In this document: positions 1 through 9,733 of the stretch, one piece after another
Layout of the letters: the number at the start of each line of letters is the position of its first letter
Numbering within the stretch: the first letter of the stretch is position 1
Assembly (NCBI GenBank): GCA_029856045.1
Contig: JAHQWG010000015.1
Coordinates: forward strand, 1-48,870
DNA: 48,870 nucleotides
Reading direction: 5' to 3'
Source of the DNA: Promethearchaeia archaeon
GTDB lineage: Archaea > Asgardarchaeota > Lokiarchaeia > Sigyniarchaeales > SOKP01
Translations under genes and position numbers: made by a program
Notes under the pieces: generated by a model
Database searches by the model: none
What the model saw: only the letters and a program-made list of their open reading frames with translations
What the model was told of the DNA's origin: nothing

Positions 1-769
1 CTATTAATCCGATTATGCTTATCGTCAATAACATGCTTATAATAAATAAAACTACTCTTGGATTGGCCGTCCAGCCAATAGAAACCTACACCGCATCCTT
101 AGGAAATGAAACCCCATAAGTATATTGTTGCATTGGAACATTTGTTTCAGTCCATGTATAAATTAAATAATCGGTACTATCAATTTCCGTGAAACTATAG
201 CTATTATATTCCCTGTAATGCCATTTAACTTCGTTTCCATTTGTGAAATTTGGTGGAAAATAAAAATTAACTTCAAGATATTCATAAGTAGGACAAAAAC
301 TAGAACTAAACCAAGTTGGAGAAAATTCAACACTTGCCAAACTTTCATTTTCATAATCGCCAAAAATCATATTTGGATTGTTTCCAATCACATAAAGCTG
401 ACCAGATTCTCCTGGATCAATATAATGCCCAGTAAGCCATATTTCAACACCAATATTTATAACTTCTGATACTTCGATATTATAACTAGGTATATCATAC
501 TCACCAATTTTTGCTTTTACACTTGATAAATCATAATCAGCAGTTGGAAAACCAATATCAACTACGTTAATCGGATCTGCCCAAGAATGACAAGTAAAGT
601 TAATCCAATATTCAATTGTAATAGACCCATCTAGTTCAATATAAACATTTGTTTTCATATAATCAACATCAAAAGAATACGTATGAGCGTTAACGTTTGT
701 AGTGGTCGAAGCAATGAAGATTATTGCTAATCCAATAATACTACTATAAATTAACCATTTTTTGTTCAT
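1..769 (-). CDS. Exported/membrane protein (DUF2207-like), interrupted by an in-frame TAG at 86-88; frame stays open to the window edge
   Basis: Signal peptide MNKKWLIYSSIIGLAIIFIA from ATG 769; beta-rich ectodomain ending GVSFPKDAV; after the TAG the frame reads VSIGWTANPRVVFIIISMLLTISIIGLI (TM helix). Confidence 0.65.
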
Positions 770-777
770 TTTCTTTC

Positions 778-1164
778 TCACCACTTCACTTTATCTTTAG
801 GCAATTTAATCGCTTCCCCGCATTTCTCGCAATAAACTATTTCTTTTTTCTTCATATCCTCTGATATTTCAATTGGGGTTCCACAATTTTTACAAATCAT
901 TTCAGATGGCACATATTTTGTTTCTTCTTTTATATCCTTAGGTTCTTTAACTTTTACAATCTTATACTTGGTTCTCTGAATTAAACGCAAGATTATAACT
1001 AAAAGAGTAATGGCAATAATTATCAATAATACTCCAATTGTCAACCGTAAAACCGTTTGTGTTGGATCTACTGGGGATGCAAGTATATAAACCACACCGA
1101 AAAATGTAAGAACCACAAAAAGAATTATTGCTATAATTTTTAAAAAGATATTTGATTCACTCAT
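778..1164 (-). CDS. Two-TM membrane protein with C-terminal zinc ribbon
   Basis: Two hydrophobic helices, then CKNC...CEKC; 8 bp from the next gene, likely an operon. Confidence 0.8.
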   Translation of the reverse strand: MSESNIFLKIIAIILFVVLTFFGVVYILASPVDPTQTVLRLTIGVLLIIIAITLLVIILRLIQRTKYKIVKVKEPKDIKEETKYVPSEMICKNCGTPIEISEDMKKKEIVYCEKCGEAIKLPKDKVKW

Positions 1165-1294
1165 TTTTTTCTTAAATTTTTATATTTTTTTTTAAAATAT
1201 ATGAATTTTTTAAGTTAAAGTAGGTATAATAAGGTTGCGCACGGAATTTTTCAAAGTAGTTTCATTTAAATTATGAATTGAATAAGATTTAATT

Positions 1295-2053
1295 ATGGAT
1301 TTACAAGAAAAAATTGAAACTTGTGCAAAATGGATTGCAGAATCTGAAAAGATTGTAGCCTTTACAGGTGCTGGAATTAGCACAGAATCTGGATTACCAG
1401 ATTTTAGAGGACCTGATGGACTATGGACTCGTCGAGATAAAGGATTACCTCCCCCTAAAACCACAAAGCCTTGGCATATGGTTGAACCAAATCCTGCGCA
1501 TTACACACTTGTAGAATTGCAAGATATGAATAAATTGGATTTTCTTATCAGTCAAAATGTCGATAATCTTCATTATAAATCGGGAATTAAGCTCGAAAAA
1601 CTTGCAGAACTACATGGAAATATGACTCTAATGAAGTGCCTTCAATGTAACAAAAAAATGACGTTCGAAGATGCTGGATGGGATCAAGAAAAATGGGGTA
1701 AAGGTTATCGCACTTCAAGAATAAGAAAGGGACAACCTGCATGTCCAAATTGTGGAGGAAGGTTAATAAACTCAATTGTAAATTTCGGAGATCCATTACC
1801 ACAAGAAGATTTACGTAATTCTATAATGCACACTGAAAAATGTGATGTTTTTCTTGCAATAGGTAGTTCCCTTGTTGTTTATCCAGCTGCAGAAATGCCC
1901 GCCATAGCGTATCGAGCTGGAGCAAAGTTGATTATAATCAATAAAGGAGACACTCCATATGATAACATGGCAGATATAAAAATGAGTGAAAATGTTGCAG
2001 AAATTATCCCAGCGATTGTGAATAAAGTAAAGAAACTTATAAAAGAAAAATAA
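1295..2053 (+). CDS. cobB: Sir2-family NAD-dependent protein deacylase
   Basis: TGAGISTESGLPDFRG, SQNVDNLH, ELHG, two CxxC, GSSLVVYPAA. Confidence 0.95.
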   Translation: MDLQEKIETCAKWIAESEKIVAFTGAGISTESGLPDFRGPDGLWTRRDKGLPPPKTTKPWHMVEPNPAHYTLVELQDMNKLDFLISQNVDNLHYKSGIKLEKLAELHGNMTLMKCLQCNKKMTFEDAGWDQEKWGKGYRTSRIRKGQPACPNCGGRLINSIVNFGDPLPQEDLRNSIMHTEKCDVFLAIGSSLVVYPAAEMPAIAYRAGAKLIIINKGDTPYDNMADIKMSENVAEIIPAIVNKVKKLIKEK

Positions 2054-2196
2054 TAAATTTCTCTATTTAAAATCATTCAAACTATTAATTCAATCTTCTA
2101 GACTGTTAGAGTTTCTATTTAATAAATCTTTAAAATGAAATATTGCTGTGTTCAATAGGTTATTAAGTTAGAAAATATTTTCTAATAAAAAAGAAA

Positions 2197-3636
2197 TCAC
2201 AGTTTTAATTTCTTTAATTGTTCTTTAATTTTTTGTGTTTTTTCTGGAGTAAGGTTGTATACTTTCACGAATATAATAAACCCGATGAGAGTCAAGATCA
2301 TAGGAATAAACGCTGTATGTAATCGAATTCCAAAATTTGCCAAATCAGTTTGAGTTGTTAAATTCGGATTAAAACCTGTTAATTCATGTACAAAGGCAAA
2401 GATCAAACCTTGGGCAATAAGAGAGAATTTATTGAAGAATGTATATACTCCCATCAAAGCACCTTCGATATGTTGCCCCGCTTTTACAGTTGCCTCGTCA
2501 ATTGTATCAGCCATAACAGGATTTCTTCCAATTCTTAGGGCTCCTCCACCGATTCCGAGTAGGATACAACAAATCACCATACCAATTAAGGATTGTGCGA
2601 ACATGAATGGTAACAAGAAGATAGTGTTAAGAAAGACTCCTATTATTAACATCTTGCGATTATTATTAAGTTTTTGAGATAATATAAGCCAAGGCCAAAG
2701 TGATCCTAAAGCACCCAAGATAAATCCTGCTAAAAGATATATGGACAATTCTGCTTCCGCCTCTAAAACATATTTAGCTACATATTGGATTGATGCAGTT
2801 AAGCTTGCCCCTATTATTGCGTCCATAAAAAAAACTAAAATTACCACTACAAAATTTTTCTGAGATATCACAATTTTAAGGGTTTTCCAGAAGGATATCT
2901 TCTCTTTTTCTTCTTGTTCCATAACATACCTTGCCTTCAACTCCCTAGATTCAATATGTCCTGGAATAAGTGTTAAAAAAATAATCATATTAAAAACCAC
3001 GAATATCCAAGCCATATTCGTATATGACTGGCGGTCTCCGTATGTAATAAGCAATGGAGGAATTATAAACCCCACTGCGGTCCCTACAAGAGATAATGCC
3101 ATTCGAATTCCACCAGCTTTACGCCTATCAGTATCTAAACGAAATTTATCAGGATATAATGCAAAATGGTTCAATGAGATAATCGTAAAGAATAACTCGA
3201 AAAGACATGTAGAAATTAAGATCCATGCAAAATAAATCCAAACTCCACTTATAGGATCTAGATATGGTGGACTAAAAATAGCAGCAAGTGTTAGAATCGC
3301 AGGGATTCCCCCAATGATGATAAATGGAAATCTTTTTCCATACTTTTTCCAAAATTTTTTGGGACGATCTGCGAAATATCCTACAAGTGGATCGTTAATA
3401 GAATTCCAGATAGCATAAATGATGTAACCAAGTACCACAATCCATATATTTAATTTAACTTCAGTTTCCCAGAATAAAAAGTAAAACCCCCCAAAAATCC
3501 CGTTAAAAATGTCAAATAAAAAATCTGCCATACCAAACGAGAACATCGAACGATTAGATTCATGGAGAATGGTTGATTCCTTTAGAATTGAATCCCCATT
3601 AATATTTAAAGATCTCTTATTATTCTTTTCTTTCAT
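2197..3636 (-). CDS. MFS transporter, GPH/MelB-like family
   Basis: ~12 TM; WNSINDPLVGYFADR, YGKRFPF, MADTIDE. Confidence 0.9.
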   Translation of the reverse strand: MKEKNNKRSLNINGDSILKESTILHESNRSMFSFGMADFLFDIFNGIFGGFYFLFWETEVKLNIWIVVLGYIIYAIWNSINDPLVGYFADRPKKFWKKYGKRFPFIIIGGIPAILTLAAIFSPPYLDPISGVWIYFAWILISTCLFELFFTIISLNHFALYPDKFRLDTDRRKAGGIRMALSLVGTAVGFIIPPLLITYGDRQSYTNMAWIFVVFNMIIFLTLIPGHIESRELKARYVMEQEEKEKISFWKTLKIVISQKNFVVVILVFFMDAIIGASLTASIQYVAKYVLEAEAELSIYLLAGFILGALGSLWPWLILSQKLNNNRKMLIIGVFLNTIFLLPFMFAQSLIGMVICCILLGIGGGALRIGRNPVMADTIDEATVKAGQHIEGALMGVYTFFNKFSLIAQGLIFAFVHELTGFNPNLTTQTDLANFGIRLHTAFIPMILTLIGFIIFVKVYNLTPEKTQKIKEQLKKLKL

Positions 3637-3782
3637 ATTACATACCTTGCCAAAATTAAATTTAAATATTTTTTAATGAAATAACATTTTAATTCTATCT
3701 ATTAATGAATTTATATAATTTTCTCTAATTCTTTATGATAAAGTAATTAATAAAGAAGTTCGAAATTAAAGTTGATAAAAAA

Positions 3783-5324
3783 TTGAAAGTAATTATTATA
3801 GGTTCCGGTTTATCTGGATTAACCGCGGGTGCTTATTTAATTCGTAAAGGATATGACGTTACAATTTATGAACAGTTTTCAGAGATAGGAGGAGTTACAG
3901 CAACAATCCACAAAGATGGATATTCTTGGGATCTCGGACCTCTTCTCTTGGAAGGTTTTGCACCTCATGAAAAACTTGGTAGAGTTCTAGCAGAGTTAGG
4001 TTTAACCGATAAAATAACAATAATAAGAGAAGATCGTGGACAATGGTTTCAAGATTTTGAATTTTGGAGGCCAAAAGAATATGAGGGACCTTATTGGAGG
4101 CGAGAATTGCTAAAAAAAAAATTTCCATCTGAAAGCTTAGCATTGGATCGATATTATGAGTTCTATGATCAAATGATGACGCTTTTAGCAGTTGTAAACC
4201 AATTAGAATGGACAAAAGGATTAAAAGCTATCTGGCTTAAATTAAAGCTACTTCCAAAATTTTTAAAAGTAAAGAAGTGGATGGATTGGAACGCTGCTCA
4301 AGTTATGGATTTTTTCTTTAAAGAACCTAAAATAAAGGCAATATATTTGGGAATTTTAGCAGATTTTGTAATAAAGCCGAGTGAGTTCTATGGATTGGGA
4401 GTACCAGCAGTCAATATAGAGACTGCTTTTGATAAACGCATACCCCTTGAGATTAAAGGAGGTAAATTGCCTACATACCATTATATAGAAGGTGGTTGTG
4501 AACAATTAGTAAAAGCATTTGCAGATTATATTACTACTAACGGAGGAAAAATTCATACAAATAGTTTAGTTCAAAAAATTATTATTGAAAATGAACGGAC
4601 TATGGGAGTAAAATTAGAAAATGGGAATGTTATACAAGGTGATCTAGTATTAGCTAGTGGTAGTGCTCATAAAACCTTTTTTAATTTAATTGGACGAGAA
4701 CATTTGTCCGCAGATTTCGTCAAAAATCTTGAAAATCTAGTTCATATGGAGTCTGTATTGATGGTGCATATTGGAATTGATTTTGATCCTACTCCATATC
4801 AACGGGCCGCTCTTTGCTACTATTACCTCACATATGATATTGAAGAAGGTGTTAATCACTGCAGATCGGGTGATTATCACGAAGGGAAAGAAGGGTTTTT
4901 AATATATATACCATCTCTCCATTCTCCAGAGATGGCTCCAGAGGGGAAATATGCAGTTACTGTATATACAATTGCACCTGATCAGCTAAGTGAAGGGAAT
5001 TGGACAGAACGTAGAGAAGAACTTGCAGAAAAATTGCTAATAGAGGCTGAAAAGATTATCCCAAACTTAAGAGAAAGAACACAAACCAAAATAATTCTCA
5101 CTCCAGACGATTTTAAAAATAGAATCAATGTTGATCGTCATAGTTTCGGTGGATTGCCTCCAGTTATAGGGCAACAAGGACCTCCTCACCGAACACCAAT
5201 CCATGGATTCTGGTTTATAGGCGCACAAAGTGAATCAGGTGGTGGAGTGGCAGGTGTTGTTGCTGGAACTCGAAAAGCAGTCCAGATGATATTTAAAGAG
5301 AAATCTCGAGTATATGAAAAATAA
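3783..5324 (+). CDS. Phytoene dehydrogenase-like FAD/NAD(P) oxidoreductase
   Basis: TTG start; IIIGSGLSGLTAG Rossmann motif, E...GG, IPSLHSPEMAPEG, TPxD, TPIHGFWFIG. Confidence 0.85.
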   Translation: MKVIIIGSGLSGLTAGAYLIRKGYDVTIYEQFSEIGGVTATIHKDGYSWDLGPLLLEGFAPHEKLGRVLAELGLTDKITIIREDRGQWFQDFEFWRPKEYEGPYWRRELLKKKFPSESLALDRYYEFYDQMMTLLAVVNQLEWTKGLKAIWLKLKLLPKFLKVKKWMDWNAAQVMDFFFKEPKIKAIYLGILADFVIKPSEFYGLGVPAVNIETAFDKRIPLEIKGGKLPTYHYIEGGCEQLVKAFADYITTNGGKIHTNSLVQKIIIENERTMGVKLENGNVIQGDLVLASGSAHKTFFNLIGREHLSADFVKNLENLVHMESVLMVHIGIDFDPTPYQRAALCYYYLTYDIEEGVNHCRSGDYHEGKEGFLIYIPSLHSPEMAPEGKYAVTVYTIAPDQLSEGNWTERREELAEKLLIEAEKIIPNLRERTQTKIILTPDDFKNRINVDRHSFGGLPPVIGQQGPPHRTPIHGFWFIGAQSESGGGVAGVVAGTRKAVQMIFKEKSRVYEK

Positions 5325-5426
5325 CGTTGGAGACAAAATCTCTATAAATTTAAAAAATATTTTAAGAAGTTAAAAGAAAATTAATATAAATAATTATAAA
5401 ATTATCTAAAAAAAAATGATATAGAA

Positions 5427-6884
5427 ATGAATGATAAAGTAGAAGAAAGGGAAGTTTATGAGAATTCTAAAAAAATCATGGCGAGCTATGGAACCACTCA
5501 ATTTTTCGGTCAATGGATAACTGGGCCCTTTTCATTTTACGTTTTCTTTTTCTTTAAGCAAGAGATTGGTCTCAATGTTATATTAGCTATGACGGCGATG
5601 ATTATATACGCTGCTTGGAATGCAGTTAATGATCCTCTATTTGGTTATCTAATAGAACGTTTTCATATGAAATGGGAAAAACGTTGGGGAAAAAGATTTC
5701 CTTGGATTATAATTGGAGCTATTCCTTGGCTTTTTTCATATTTACTTATTTATATGGTTCCACTTGAGTGGGATCCAATTGCTGATCCTTCGGCTAATTG
5801 GCCAGTTTTTACTTGGTATGTATTGACAACAATATTATTTGATACTCTATTTACAATATGGAATGTGAACACTACAGCAATATATCCGGACAAATTTCGA
5901 GGATTAAATGAACGGAGAACCGCTGGAGGTATTGGTACACTTATAGGTATTCTAGGTATCGTTTTTTCTTCTATAATTCCACCACTTTTTATTAACGAGG
6001 GTGTTCCTCAAACCTATAGAACCGCAGCTTGGATGGGCATAGGTTTAGGGATAATTATATTTCTCTTTATGATTCCGGGAATATTTGAAGATAAAAAAAC
6101 GAGAGCTCGGTATGAAGAAAGGAGGATAAAATTAGAAGGAAAAGAAGCTGAGAAATTCCTTAAAACTGCTAGAAGAGTAATTACTGATAGACGTTTCATG
6201 GTAAAAACTATATACTTTTTTGGTTATCAAGCAGCCGTTGCACTATTGTCTGCGTCTGCTCAATTTATGGTAATATTCGTTATTGGAGGAACCACGCCCG
6301 ATATTAGCATTTTTATGGCTGCGATGCTTTTAGGTGCTCTTGGATCCGTCCCACTCTGGCTTTATTTTTCGAAGAAAGTAAATAACAATAAGAAAATGAG
6401 TTTAATAGCAGGTTTTGCAATGGTTCTTACATTTTTACCAATATTCTTTGCTGTCGGTTATGTATTTTATTTCATTGCTTTACTTTTATTCGGAATTGGC
6501 TTGGGGGGTCAGTGGTTCATGGATCCACCGGCTATGGGTGATGTCCTCGATGATCTCGCATTAAGAACAGGAAAAAGAGAAGAAGCAATCTATTATGGAT
6601 ATCAAACTTTCTTTATTCGATTTGGAGAGGCATTTAAAGTAATTATAATCGCTATTGTTCATATAATGGTTGGTTTTCCAGAAGGTGTTGCGACTTATCA
6701 AGAATTGGTAAATGAAGTTGGAGCAGAAAATGTTTTCTTACCATTATTAGGGATTCGATTACACTCAGCTCTCATTCCAGCAATATTAGTTCTCATAACA
6801 ATCTTTATCTTTTGGAAATGGTATGATTTAACACCTGATAAAGTTGAAAAAAATAGAATCAAATTAAAAGAACTTGGAATCTAA
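5427..6884 (+). CDS. MFS transporter, GPH/MelB-like family
   Basis: ~12 TM; WNAVNDPLFG, WGKRFPW, GDVLDD...TGKREE; paralog of 2197..3636. Confidence 0.9.
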   Translation: MNDKVEEREVYENSKKIMASYGTTQFFGQWITGPFSFYVFFFFKQEIGLNVILAMTAMIIYAAWNAVNDPLFGYLIERFHMKWEKRWGKRFPWIIIGAIPWLFSYLLIYMVPLEWDPIADPSANWPVFTWYVLTTILFDTLFTIWNVNTTAIYPDKFRGLNERRTAGGIGTLIGILGIVFSSIIPPLFINEGVPQTYRTAAWMGIGLGIIIFLFMIPGIFEDKKTRARYEERRIKLEGKEAEKFLKTARRVITDRRFMVKTIYFFGYQAAVALLSASAQFMVIFVIGGTTPDISIFMAAMLLGALGSVPLWLYFSKKVNNNKKMSLIAGFAMVLTFLPIFFAVGYVFYFIALLLFGIGLGGQWFMDPPAMGDVLDDLALRTGKREEAIYYGYQTFFIRFGEAFKVIIIAIVHIMVGFPEGVATYQELVNEVGAENVFLPLLGIRLHSALIPAILVLITIFIFWKWYDLTPDKVEKNRIKLKELGI

Positions 6885-6890
6885 AACAGA

Positions 6891-6940
6891 TTATCCTTCC
6901 GTGAACCTAATCACCTAAGGATAACAAATTTTTTTTATTT
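6891..6940 (+). terminator. Stem-loop followed by T-tract
   Basis: TTATCCTT/AAGGATAA arms with inner GTGA/TCAC pairing, then a T-run, 6 bp after the MFS stop. Confidence 0.5.
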
Positions 6941-7065
6941 TAATCGAGTATAAAAATTAATATTTTTTCCTATTTTTCCAATTTTTAAAATTCTCATCTA
7001 TTTTACGAAAATTTTTACAATAATAAAAAATAAATAATAATATCCCCATTAATTATTGAAGAAAT

Positions 7066-7305
7066 ATGACCGATATTTCATTTTCTGTATCTAAGGAATT
7101 ATTAAAAAGAATGAAAAAATATCCCGAAATTAAATGGGATACAATTGCACAGGCTGCTGTTGAAAATTACCTCCAAAAATTGGAAATTGCAGATAAAATT
7201 ACCTCTAAAAGCACTTTTACTCTAGAAGACGCTGAAATGATAGGTAATGAGATAAAACAAAAAATTTGGGAAAAACACAAAATATACTTAGAAAATCTTC
7301 CTTAA
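7066..7305 (+). CDS. Ribbon-helix-helix, VapB-like archaeal antitoxin
   Basis: ISFSVSKELLKRMKKYPEIKW..IA..AV..YL matches archaeal RHH antitoxins normally paired with PIN toxins. Confidence 0.65.
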   Translation: MTDISFSVSKELLKRMKKYPEIKWDTIAQAAVENYLQKLEIADKITSKSTFTLEDAEMIGNEIKQKIWEKHKIYLENLP

Positions 7306-7310
7306 AATAC

Positions 7311-8945
7311 CTATTTTAATCGTGCATATAGCTTTTTATTATCATCGAGTTTTTCTAATAATAATTGGGCATCTCTATTATCAACAGAAAGAGTTATATC
7401 TCCTCTCTTACTAAAACACCCTGTAAAAATAACTCTCGACCCAGAATATATCTCTACGTTCTTACCAGCGTAAATCGGATTCGCAGAAACCACGAGATTG
7501 TTATCTTGTATTTCTAAATCCAATTGAATTTGCTCTCTTTTTCTAGATTTTTTTTTTGTTATGTAATTACTATAACTTTCTTTGTATTCTCTTGAAATAG
7601 GAACCACTACAGTATCTTGCCCGAAGGAATATATTTCAAAAATTAGAGAATTATTAAAGAATTCTCGTGCCTCAATAACAGGTCTAGCCAAATCTTTATC
7701 TCTGAAACCCGTAGGAACTTTAACTGCCATTTTTACAACCAGCACAGATGACACTTCTCCACCCTTTATGAAAATTATTGTGTCTATAATGGATGGAAGC
7801 ATCCCAAGCTCAATTCGAGCAATAAACCTCTGTAAAGCATCAATGGCCGAGGAAGAATGAATTACGCCCACCATTCCTACACCACTTAGGCGGAAATCAG
7901 AGTAGACCTTGAAATCATCCGTGGTTCTAACTTCATCGAAAATTGTGAAATCTGGTCTTGCCAAAAGAAGTATATCAGCAGAATTTTCCAAACTACCTTC
8001 TAATTTAGTATATTGAGTTATTTCGGGGTTGACTTGTAAATCTCTAACACTTTCTAACGTTTTTACAATTTTATTTTGTTTTAAATAATTATTTGCTAAT
8101 GCTGCAGCGAACGTGCTCTTTCCCGCCCCAGGTGGTCCGCAGACTAAAATGCCTTCTGCTCGTTGAAGTCTTTTCATTAATTTATTGTCAAGATTATAAT
8201 CATTAAGCTCTTTTCTAATTAGGGGTTTGGTTATTGTAACTTCGATCTCATTAGAAAAATTTGGCCGAGTTATGACAATACGATATTCTCGTAGCTGCGC
8301 TACAATAGCCCCTTCTTTCTCAATTTCGATAAATGAGCGAGGGTCTTCTTTTACAGCCTCAAGAATTTCATAAATAATATCTTCAATTTGTTTTGTAGTT
8401 ATATATTCATCATTGATCTTGCTTAAATACCAATTTCCTGGACTCCCTTTTTTTGCATAGGGTGGAATATATCTTTTTAGATGAACAGACATCGTATTTT
8501 CATCAAAAAAATCGAATAATTGCAAATGAGGTAATCCTTTTTTCCTCTTTTTGACTTCTTCTTTAATTAGAATCACATTTAAGCCCTCAAAAATACCCAT
8601 ATCATATTGAACTTTATCTCCCGTAATTAAAGTGGCATCATGCGTATCTTGGCGAATGGCTGCATCTAATTCCCCCCCATAATTGAGTTTTATTTGTTCC
8701 ATAGTGGGACGTTTTCCTACTAATTCTAGTTTAATTTTATCTTGATTATGATATTCTCTTAACTTTTTTAATACATACAATCCATATTTACCAATTACTT
8801 TGCCTACATTTGCTTGAAATTCAATTTCTGCGGTAACAATTCTTGATATTAAAATATTGGGTTTAATACCTAATTCTTCTTCGTTTATCAATTCTAAGAT
8901 TTTTCCATTCAGGATAACTGATGTATCCACAATAAATTTTTCCAA
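7311..8945 (-). CDS. PIN-domain/VirB11-PilT-like ATPase (PINA family)
   Basis: N-terminal PIN (FIVDTSVIL), Walker A GPPGAGKST, Walker B TIFDEVR, GVGMVGVIH, DLARPVIE. Confidence 0.9.
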   Translation of the reverse strand: MEKFIVDTSVILNGKILELINEEELGIKPNILISRIVTAEIEFQANVGKVIGKYGLYVLKKLREYHNQDKIKLELVGKRPTMEQIKLNYGGELDAAIRQDTHDATLITGDKVQYDMGIFEGLNVILIKEEVKKRKKGLPHLQLFDFFDENTMSVHLKRYIPPYAKKGSPGNWYLSKINDEYITTKQIEDIIYEILEAVKEDPRSFIEIEKEGAIVAQLREYRIVITRPNFSNEIEVTITKPLIRKELNDYNLDNKLMKRLQRAEGILVCGPPGAGKSTFAAALANNYLKQNKIVKTLESVRDLQVNPEITQYTKLEGSLENSADILLLARPDFTIFDEVRTTDDFKVYSDFRLSGVGMVGVIHSSSAIDALQRFIARIELGMLPSIIDTIIFIKGGEVSSVLVVKMAVKVPTGFRDKDLARPVIEAREFFNNSLIFEIYSFGQDTVVVPISREYKESYSNYITKKKSRKREQIQLDLEIQDNNLVVSANPIYAGKNVEIYSGSRVIFTGCFSKRGDITLSVDNRDAQLLLEKLDDNKKLYARLK

Positions 8946-9005
8946 TCTATCTCATCCCTTTTTTATTTATTCGATTAAAACAGTTTCATTTTTAATTTAT
9001 TTAAA

Positions 9006-9617
9006 CTAAATGTCAATTTTCTCAAGTGCAATTTTTTTAACAAGATAATAAATAGGTTTACTTAGACGGTCCACTGCTGCAATTACTAATTCTTTTCTTG
9101 AGCTTATAGAAGTCTGGGTTATTTTATCTAACTCATTTAAATTGATTGGAGTCCCCTCGAAAATGGGATATATTAAATATTTTGCAGGTTCAGTTGTAAA
9201 ATCAGCACCTCTTTTATATACTCTGAATTCAAACCCTTCGCCATAACCTGCTCTAACAAAATAACCTCTTTTTCTCAAATCATTATAGACTACATATTTT
9301 TGCCATAAATTTTTATTCCACTTAGAGAAATAAATTAATAAATCCTCAAATGAAAGTAAATCATTTTCTTCAGTAGAGTCATCTTTTGCAATATATATTC
9401 TGTCTCGCTCATGTAATAATAAAACTTCAATTGGTTCCAATATTAAAATATCTTTTTCATCATCCGTCTCTTTATTTCCAAGATAAGAGTTATCAAAAAA
9501 TTCATTAATTCCGTCTTGATCTTCAATAATTGCTTTATCGTCTCTTAAAAATGCTCTAAATAAACGTTTTTCTTGTTCATTTTCCTTAGATTGTTCTTCG
9601 TCGTTATTTTTATTCAT
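9006..9617 (-). CDS. endA: tRNA-intron endonuclease subunit, probably structural
   Basis: YVVYNDLRKRGY, FEFRVYKRG, SRKELVIA; catalytic His position appears replaced (EPAKY). Confidence 0.8.
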   Translation of the reverse strand: MNKNNDEEQSKENEQEKRLFRAFLRDDKAIIEDQDGINEFFDNSYLGNKETDDEKDILILEPIEVLLLHERDRIYIAKDDSTEENDLLSFEDLLIYFSKWNKNLWQKYVVYNDLRKRGYFVRAGYGEGFEFRVYKRGADFTTEPAKYLIYPIFEGTPINLNELDKITQTSISSRKELVIAAVDRLSKPIYYLVKKIALEKIDI

Positions 9618-9733
9618 TTTTTTCCATTAATTATATTTTAAGACTATTATTATCTTAATTATTAATAAAATTTGAAAATAGTAAAATTTTTGCTTTTAAG
9701 AGTTAAATTTTCAAGTAATAGGAAAAAATAAAA

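Noticed and set aside
1295-2053. Sir2 as an anti-phage defence effector
   Set aside because: Canonical zinc-binding CobB-type sirtuin with no defence partner genes
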